Of a stretch of 64,000 bases of DNA, positions 60,101 through 64,000 are shown in pieces (positions within the stretch are counted from its first letter, which is position 1; every line of letters starts with the position of its first letter). Source of the stretch: a virus; the IMG/VR virus record IMGVR_UViG_3300032245_000795, positions 1-64,000 of that record. One strand, written 5' to 3'. The translations under genes were made by a program, and so were the position numbers. Under the pieces are notes generated by a model. The model worked only from the letters and a program-made list of their open reading frames with translations. It was not told the DNA's origin and made no database searches.

Positions 60101-60407
60101 ATATGGAATGTCATCTGGTGGAGTAGTTCCTAAATATTTTGCTGCTGGTGGATACGCCTCTGGAACAGACATAGTACCAGCAATGCTAACTCCAGGAGAA
60201 TTTGTAATGAGTAAGTATGCTGTTGAAGCACACGGTGCAGATACTATGAAGGCAATTAATAATGGATCTTCCGTTGGTGACTCAGTGTATAATTATAGTA
60301 TCAGTGTAAATGTAAAGTCTGATTCAAACCCAGATGAAATTGCAAGAGCAGTAATGACTCAAATAAAGAGTATTGATTCACAAAAGATTAGAGGAGTTAG
60401 AATATAA
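48138..60407 (+). CDS. tape measure protein (TP901-type core) with inserted cargo domains
   Basis: 4089 aa; FLNAVENQT..S..DL...IP...P, G.NASEGANALKS core; coiled coils; 3x VPAML[ST]PGE. Confidence 0.92.
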   Translation: MADVNSNININFDTTAALAQLRSLQAGLSRFHQTLAEGNLAAANAQKGLNAQLIQSVGATGKFSASQVKVAGSTLAFTSALEKNKLSLRDYYRYTMAAATANTRVMGKAFAEEREIINRARRDRVKALQAQYIQMNKSNAGFMDAIKIMPKSLQMASGKFTELGTRIQYAAQKQQFLNQLLKQGSTQLLNFGKNTQWAGRQLMVGLTMPLALFGSAAAKAFKEFDAEVVKFRRVYGNAFTNDAEVNAAVENIRKLSNEYVKYGVSVTKTMEMAATAAAAGFEGSALTTQVETATKLAVLGQIEQQQALETTISLQTAFGLSSEDLAKKINFLNAVENQTLLSIEDLTIAIPKAAPVIKQLGGSVEDLAFFLTAMKEGGINASEGANALKSGLASLINPSDKAAKFLGNLGINVKGLVEANKGDIKGIVVGFARALDELDPLNRARAIEQMFGKFQFARLSTLFQNVTKDGSQASRAFQLAGASIEELAILSEREMKKIEDSTGAKFQAALENLKQEIMPLGKAFLEALTPVVKFFSGLLEKFNGLGDNTKKVIAITVAAVAGLGPVLLMTFGLLMNGVANVIKLFAMLRGGIAKLNGQTGVMGAGFNYMTQEQIENAASSEQLHQTHSRLIQVFNVEKSSVNALAASYNSLSTQMRGMATQNPALFAGGVRGAKRAVSGLPPVKKYREGVLSVPGPKGAGDVVPAMLSPGEAVIPTETTNKYRGLISAMFQDKVPGFMAGRLPGGPGRGIPLSSGPEAFRKAQQAQYRRVNDARQGYSEPHPEKKTGPTFVGMPKGSQEASQSRQILDKISDQVKIGKFGSVPPTNFGTMLQSFSGRSFPARGVGGVYRKSNGQIVVVKPTIDEKTALAEVRATQIAREVHGLVSPKQTIRTMMDPTDPTGQRKFIVIESPYDPRIASMTGKFSKSDMVKQLVASTLRGDKDLQKPNLSGNVLADVGTAGVFDRASGFRDFAKVMPSMEQQAVVNLLGVKGGAKKFFAQETSGVAASMSPKDYDLAIKTEISKSIPRLEKLLKTWNLNPEEKIVYGNMLQRLRDGAKTDWAALQPIHARAGEGVAKLELGNFEKFQNVPESKAQVEKLVEGLSKDAAEQLEKLPKEQRDRVLAALGKEKPAPTHMSQARLMKFVEQNMVYKDGLFHDKKSLDAGSTTSGKTYEEVMKKVFYQMGLQEKDGSFVSDKKLNVPSKLKSAMSTVDKAGGGWRTNVPKSSLLWKALDAEEQSFRAANMAAGKNDPLKNVREKLKSLGYNEKQIATALRSELSHVEKTGESGRGPAKYSKGSAMFDLRLLNNYMNTKTRPQSILDWNAKNGNALGLTATQIKEFQKAANYMKPGAHPITLDDIKLVQKSAQLDVLADEYLKQQKVKPKGFPKLGQVNASKGLLALLDDRIGTGYYKSSKPIFNLSSGVDQSQKVLVDPNNEFKVDTKTGKVTKLTNANTGAKPAGAVASSGSSRDRRTTTETPTQRVATRSQLTSFRRGFGKIPGFSMPGKIKGDPRLTNPTVKQGQLALQLRGKGYSQVEIDRALRRFAEKELKNKESQVRAAEKSARAEAARQKEQAAIQKKQTDVARKAFIENERRSQLNAAQARTYDAAVKEDQKRTIKNQKQTEKVNAKQTRIARQEKVGRFSGGASMALGTVGMGLMMSGNTNAGMAVSGLSALAGMAPMLAGMGPVGVALTAVAAVGGGLWMLDKAAKKAAESQSRQVDATRATTEKMKTIGEMNGKVGASEIYARKRKESVANRYSIGFERGKTQYGSDFLKEQVGKDMFSGIIESLKSGSKNVASQVATELAGYISDGILTAQQANSIADQIGIELGNTTIGADITGKLLELVGPNGEDLLTNPLEVRVKIVKEQQKNTQLVMSELEKYYNWSGKNNNGFDDKSDAANAAEVFASQAAAANVQDLEFNQAQIDSLNLEYDNKIKILEAQKATTSDKAKQLEIQGKIDAAEKDRITGTKKLRENNRKIIQEQMKALKFVKTNQKQGSEASVETAYFEALKTQVRDKYKDDPTQNAFVDKFFQVAQNAGSQEIEAKIMTVVGSGQMPVTSAVKLMEMFAGDEKGLNKILNVTTSIADPGKVTEFLNSIELITDPNTKKEIMVELTQKSPKEAEGIMSAFNMMKLLNPEINIDFFFKDGGAAGIGKLKEIADKLEEVQKIKEPITTKFLLETKEIGGVNLEDLIPIMEKYKNQPDVIKKQVISQYIVIKETLNPGEIAAEKKRLLAGYKGNPKGAEQYSEYLNSPEGTKYVTNKVVENKIAQAIKPEIEALEAARLEAEKLKGDKVTDPFEWMLAALKNVRNAAIDAKGGIEELKRALAKIGPKAVGDKFLGIDQQMIAQGRNKQFIDYAMGLTPDEQAKLFTTAGPKNKSGKNKGRIQDPYNKGKLLPETAKQGDVVLSSLGKTYNSFFDAKVIGDFNAAMGRSLSSIKDQEKARIKLVAAGYDSATIEGLISDEYTTQLIASGKITEGQLKQNVEISKELANRQKINSLLSRGTSELQRQADMSRAAQAAKFLRSQGVSEDGVRAALADAGSLSEAIAAMDQYNSSAGLAAGTLKTIVDGLNAIKANSNIELILKFTTANVSGQIQQGAEAAKKIMDSKRTVYNNLTADKLKNATSAYTDSSKAPQQVGKIATATVDARYKATNTPIPVISEGATIKSLQKAMETKAKEIDLSSSNLSKAKSAASAVRDQISNAENALQTALDNANAGVDKAIKGVQDVIRGYENQIKSIEKTIKSREDEIKKRFTDKIEAFNKENQMLSNDLAIMDKAAEDINEKYDKQVEALQEVNKLNQEIIDAQGQQLDLADALSQGDIAAAARVANEMSASYANNQADTIMQGIELARTNDLSALTGAESGLTADAISERQFAISQEIYKLETDPARLAIEAEILALNESALAVQELIAAKQEEIDQIEAGRANILAGVEAAHAANLKALNDSLVPLDEAVKKNEGILKKLEDEEEALSAQKGYLEAIADEAVDIDNTTGMTLDDWVDTEDKVKSIEELAAAYALSTLAAQAAVAAASTSWGEILNSINKIPDSIETKLIVEKIENITQNIKKTYTDDGSAASAAAAATAATAQAEAKAKAIAAALRKLTSGQALTAEEKALLSINGDADTSAADKAVKDAADVKAKAIADALRRLNSGQLLTSQERELLGMAPATDMYDPNDPSHKGSFETGWSLNSWVHAMGKESAAPILKSMGYWADGGVVYRKAGSPSPEFKAKGTDTVPAMLTPGEFVINKAAVKKYGPKFFKILNDKKYPKKTSATTPTEVLDIIRNLGYSVPVKPTSAYDSNNQPTGSATGRYWGELERLYESSPIGFDGKGKPILNTTGKDPWGGTEIPGLPFNGTVPQFSDYWHQLAEQPQKFSGPAMGIDKPVDRYAGSGASMGGIGNGAYGLTGLQMLSRGGMVNPLMMSEGGSVPWYKKAGNFLVEAVKETGRSIDWLTGMYTAGQTGQRDPMMFSKDNKVLLKNINAAVDAGYGSEATKVLATKTAMSGVNVGSLFLGGALGSATARGAVGAYGISKGIPALETLLPTGSLSYATKTGLGAASNLGSSTYLKTTNPFTPKTTVYAKGPGGIEDIPFLDKTRKARFLEYAKGLNNKDANYLSPDTIAGIKKVEADVKKRFDEIEEIKNGTLNGNPLPDPERTLGYWTRYNTDDLMQIALAKKYNIPPISQDYLAEYANMGLTAFYDKNWAEIHTALGRQTLGREFVGYRGLSHKDLADIVGYKEVNKLEDFTGKVIGKESAYLGSRGYGPTPGATLKPNWEELLAGRDARIAPYDFINNKDLFDLEPGIGGVGNAWVPDVAKSFTENLDWAKRITTNNDTGGGGVSAIAKVNFGSDVLGIDSITKLGLGGSHADPTLTEPFVSAFTEFILKKVTPMAHRIPDDTGEFITNDYGTKWVNGPGYSRLIDEYEFDAVRTLPKPYIIPETFPNTTTASIDNLTLAAKSQAIADAIKKQGLQNAAKAEGMAKRYGMSSGGVVPKYFAAGGYASGTDIVPAMLTPGEFVMSKYAVEAHGADTMKAINNGSSVGDSVYNYSISVNVKSDSNPDEIARAVMTQIKSIDSQKIRGVRI

Positions 60408-61066
60408 TGGCAACCAATGTATATATGGCAGGTCGTAAAAAATATCAAAGACCTCAAGGACTTCTCTTTGCAGACAACCAGGGGATAAAGGTAGACGGAT
60501 TTCATATCCCAGAAGGAAACGAAATAGGGTCATTAGCAGCCTCTGCAGAGGGATCTGGAGAGTTTTTAATACTCTCTGATGATAATAGGTCGCCAATAGA
60601 CTTTAGTACCACCAGAATTGAAAAAAGGGAGAGAATGATCAATGGTCGTATGAGGTCATATCATATTGCAGATAAACTACAAATCAATGTTTCCTGGGAT
60701 ATGTTACCATCAAGAGCGTATGATACATATGCTAGGTTTGATTCTAATGGACAGCCAAACTTAGTAAAGAATATAAATACTAGACCAACCCCTTTAGAGT
60801 TTACAACAGATGGTGGAGCAGGAGGAGTAGAACTGCTTGATTGGTATAAAAACCATAAAGGATCTTTTTGGGTTTATCTTGCTTATGATAAGTACACTAA
60901 TTTTAATAATGATATACAAACCACACAAGATGATAGATTTAAAAATATAAACAAATATAATGAAGTCATTGAGGTTTTCTTTGCAGACTTCAACTATTCT
61001 GTACAAAAAAGAAGTGGCTTAAACTTTGATTTTTGGAATGTGTCTTTAACACTGGAAGAGGCATAA
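60407..61066 (+). CDS. distal tail-like protein
   Basis: follows TMP; RMINGRMRSY, W.VSLTLEE. Confidence 0.65.
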   Translation: MATNVYMAGRKKYQRPQGLLFADNQGIKVDGFHIPEGNEIGSLAASAEGSGEFLILSDDNRSPIDFSTTRIEKRERMINGRMRSYHIADKLQINVSWDMLPSRAYDTYARFDSNGQPNLVKNINTRPTPLEFTTDGGAGGVELLDWYKNHKGSFWVYLAYDKYTNFNNDIQTTQDDRFKNINKYNEVIEVFFADFNYSVQKRSGLNFDFWNVSLTLEEA

Positions 61067-64000
61067 TGTTTCAAGACAAAGATTTATTAAATCATATAGA
61101 AACAAGTTCGTCTATTAGCACAAAATCTTTAGTTGTTCTTGAATGGAATATGAATATTGCTACAAATATATTAGAACTTGGAAACTATAGATATCGTCCA
61201 AATAATTCCGAGTCTATATACAGAACCATTCCTAATACTTTTGTTAAAGAAACTAAAACATCTTCTCCCGCATTTTATTATGGAGCAACAGATGCAGATG
61301 TTCTTGTTGATGGAGGATTTGAAGACAATGATACTCCAGTATTTTTTTCTTCTAATAAAGATAAATTAAAAATGTTATACTCTCTTGAAGATTGTTTAAA
61401 ATCTTTTAGACCAAGATCTGGGATTAATAAAGCAACTTTTCTTAATGGTAAGTTTTTACACAGCCCAAATATAAATATGGCAAGAAGACCAAGATATTAT
61501 ATGGCAGATAAAAAAGATCCATTTAAATATTGGACATCTTTTAGAACAGAGTCTGGAATAGAGTATGGAGTTTCTAATAAAACTATAAATGGAAAGCATG
61601 CAATTGAAGACACTGCTCCATTTGTTGTTTATAAGGAAAAGGTTCCAGCAAATAGAATTGTTGTAAAGATGCAAACTAATGTTGGAGATTTTAACTCTGG
61701 TACATATGCAAACAATAGCGAATCTTTTTTAGACCCATATTTTGGAGAATCAAATCAAACTACTCCAGAAAAATGGAAAATACAAGTTTTAAAAAATAAC
61801 AGTTGGTCAGATGCAATATCTTTTTCTGGTCAAGAAAAAAGAAAAAACGGAAGTTCTATCATAGGCTCCGATGGTTATTTTGAATTATCTTATGGCTTGG
61901 TTGTCCCAAAAATATACTCAGATATTTTTAATGATTGCGGAGAACTTTCTTCATCAAGCCTTATACCAGAGTTTGGAAATAAAGAAGGTGACGCTTTTTT
62001 AATTATTGAAAATTCTGAACAGGTTGGATCATATCATATATGGTATAACCAAGAATGGAAAACATTTACTCCAAATTATTCATGGCAATTTAAAGAATCA
62101 GATGTTGAAAGTTCAGCGAGTTTTGTTACTGAATTAAGTAATCCAGCATCGTATATGTATAATGGAGCAAAGAAGTATAAAGAATTTGAATATATTTCTG
62201 GAATAAGAATTGTTATTGATACCATGAAAAAGTTTGACTCTACTTTTGATTTGATAGAATTTTCTCCAAGGCTTGCAGCAGATCTTTCTGATATGGTAGA
62301 GTCATTCTCTATAAACAAAAGCGCTTCAGATCTTGGAGTTAGTGGAATGCCAGTTGGACAACTTCTTGCATCTACAGGAGAACTTTCACTTTTTGATTTT
62401 GAAGACTCATTTAATCCTTTAAATAAAAATAGTATTATATCTGGATATGTTTTAAAAAATATTCAGGTAAAGATATACGAAATATTAAAAAATAGTTTAA
62501 ATGTAAACTACTATGTTCCAATTAAGACAATGTATTCAGATGGATTCCCCAAGGTAGATAGCCAGTCTAAAAAGGTTGGATTAACACTAAGAGATCTCTA
62601 CTTGTATTTTGAGTCACAAACAGCACCAGAAATTTTGATGACTAACGTATCTCTAAGTGTTGCAGTTTCAATACTGCTAGATTCAATTGGCTTTTCTAAT
62701 TATATTTTTAAGAGGGTAGAGGGTGAATCTGAAATTGTTATTCCATACTTCTTTATTCCTCCAGACAAGAGCGTTGCCCAGATATTAGAAGATCTAGCCC
62801 TATCTACGCAAACTGCAATGTTCTTTGATGAATACAATAACTTTGTTATGATGAGCAAAGATTATATGATGCCTACAAAAACTCAAAGACCTACAGACCT
62901 AACTCTTTATGGATCTTTAGACTCTGAAAATTTTGAGGTAGTTAAAAATAAAAATACAAAAGATAAACTTTCAAATATTATAGAAGTTAATTCACAAGAT
63001 AATCAAGTATATAATGATGGGAAAATATCTTATACAACAAGAAGCATGCAAAGAAGCGTAGGAACAATAAGAGAAGCATCACTTGTTGACAATGAAAAAT
63101 CTTGGATATATAAGCCAGTTCTTCTTTGGGAGGTTCAAGGTACAGAAAACACAAAGTCAATTAACTCAGAAGTTAATGATATGTCAAGTTATGCACTTGC
63201 AGCAATTCCACTAAACTCTAATTTATCTTCTAACCCTCCAAGCGTATCTGCTGGTAGGGTAATTGACAACATAATAGATCTTGGAGAGGCAGTCTATTGG
63301 GTAACAAGATACAATGGATACTTTTACTCTAATGGAGAAATAATAAAATATGATGCTGTTGAGTATAACGTAGCAGGGTCTAACGATGTTTGGATAAACA
63401 GCGTTCAAGAATATGACAAGTATTTTTCATCACTACCATTCAATGGAAAAATTTATCCGACTGGAAGAGTAAGAATTTATTCTGAGCCAAACTATGAAGA
63501 TATTAATGGTCTTAGCAAATTAAAAAATGGAGCGGTAGCAAAACATGGAAGAGGTCAGTTTGGAACTCCTATTGTTAGTCACTCAGCAGGAATAGATCCT
63601 TATTGGTCAAACAATGATAATCTTCGTGGATGTAATATGCAGTCTAAATATTTATTTAAGAAAGATCAAACCCTGCCTACAACATCTATTGGGCCTGCTG
63701 GAACAAAGGTTACAGATATTTTATTATCAAATGTCTTTGCTCAAAATTCATCAAGAAATGGAATTATCAAAAATATGCTTTCATCAAAGTATATCTCAGA
63801 GTCTGACATTAACAAGATGATGGTTACACAAACTGGAGCGGTTCAGGCTTCTGCCTTGGTTATAAATGGCCCAGGGTTTAAAACAACAGAACCAGCAGCA
63901 GACTTTATTTCTTATGTATATAAGCCATTGCTAAATAGTTTTAAACATTTTGGAACAAGAGTTAGAATTGTAGGTAAAATTGATAATGATCCTCAGCGTG
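61066..64000 (+). CDS. large tail (hub/minor tail) protein, truncated by window end
   Basis: TAATG-coupled ATG 61066 (MFQDKDLLNHIE...); frame appears open to the end; LA.STQTAMFFDEYN motif. Confidence 0.75.
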   Translation, partial: MFQDKDLLNHIETSSSISTKSLVVLEWNMNIATNILELGNYRYRPNNSESIYRTIPNTFVKETKTSSPAFYYGATDADVLVDGGFEDNDTPVFFSSNKDKLKMLYSLEDCLKSFRPRSGINKATFLNGKFLHSPNINMARRPRYYMADKKDPFKYWTSFRTESGIEYGVSNKTINGKHAIEDTAPFVVYKEKVPANRIVVKMQTNVGDFNSGTYANNSESFLDPYFGESNQTTPEKWKIQVLKNNSWSDAISFSGQEKRKNGSSIIGSDGYFELSYGLVVPKIYSDIFNDCGELSSSSLIPEFGNKEGDAFLIIENSEQVGSYHIWYNQEWKTFTPNYSWQFKESDVESSASFVTELSNPASYMYNGAKKYKEFEYISGIRIVIDTMKKFDSTFDLIEFSPRLAADLSDMVESFSINKSASDLGVSGMPVGQLLASTGELSLFDFEDSFNPLNKNSIISGYVLKNIQVKIYEILKNSLNVNYYVPIKTMYSDGFPKVDSQSKKVGLTLRDLYLYFESQTAPEILMTNVSLSVAVSILLDSIGFSNYIFKRVEGESEIVIPYFFIPPDKSVAQILEDLALSTQTAMFFDEYNNFVMMSKDYMMPTKTQRPTDLTLYGSLDSENFEVVKNKNTKDKLSNIIEVNSQDNQVYNDGKISYTTRSMQRSVGTIREASLVDNEKSWIYKPVLLWEVQGTENTKSINSEVNDMSSYALAAIPLNSNLSSNPPSVSAGRVIDNIIDLGEAVYWVTRYNGYFYSNGEIIKYDAVEYNVAGSNDVWINSVQEYDKYFSSLPFNGKIYPTGRVRIYSEPNYEDINGLSKLKNGAVAKHGRGQFGTPIVSHSAGIDPYWSNNDNLRGCNMQSKYLFKKDQTLPTTSIGPAGTKVTDILLSNVFAQNSSRNGIIKNMLSSKYISESDINKMMVTQTGAVQASALVINGPGFKTTEPAADFISYVYKPLLNSFKHFGTRVRIVGKIDNDPQR

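Noticed and set aside
1-64000. tRNA, rRNA, integrase, terminase or alternative genetic code
   Set aside because: None recognised by eye; all three stop codons end normal genes. The terminase presumably lies outside the window.

Overview
A 64-kb piece of a large, AT-rich tailed dsDNA phage with siphovirus-type morphogenesis genes. The host is most likely an actinobacterium, inferred from leaderless extended -10 promoters, PafBC/CRP/WhiA-type sites, a GP88-like gene and a class II RNR; a freshwater low-GC actinobacterium is plausible. Layout: (1) 1-7150, minus-strand early-type region of many tiny ORFs. It is divided into ~0.7-1.4 kb units by a recurrent regulatory cassette (TGTCAG-N10-TAnnnT promoters, TGTGA-N6-TCACA boxes, DnaA boxes, CGACACGC, CCTAGG) and carries a repeated covarying RNA pseudoknot. 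(2) 7.3-9.7 kb, sulfotransferase-like, DHH-like and holin-like genes. (3) 10-26 kb, virion fibre/decoration genes, including two proline-repeat proteins with (VTP)n and (FFP)n tracts. (4) Seven P4H-like 2OG-Fe(II) oxygenases, a JmjC/cupin domain and two glycosyltransferases, placed directly after those Pro-rich genes. (5) nrdJ. (6) Portal, protease, capsid, neck and tail genes, a duplicated tail-assembly chaperone, a 4089-aa tape measure protein with kinase-like and ADP-ribosyltransferase-like inserts, and a tail protein cut by the window end. The strongest novelty candidates are a phage prolyl-hydroxylation/glycosylation system for its own Pro-rich fibres and an early region wired to several host regulators. 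All family assignments come from motif recognition by eye; no database searches were run.
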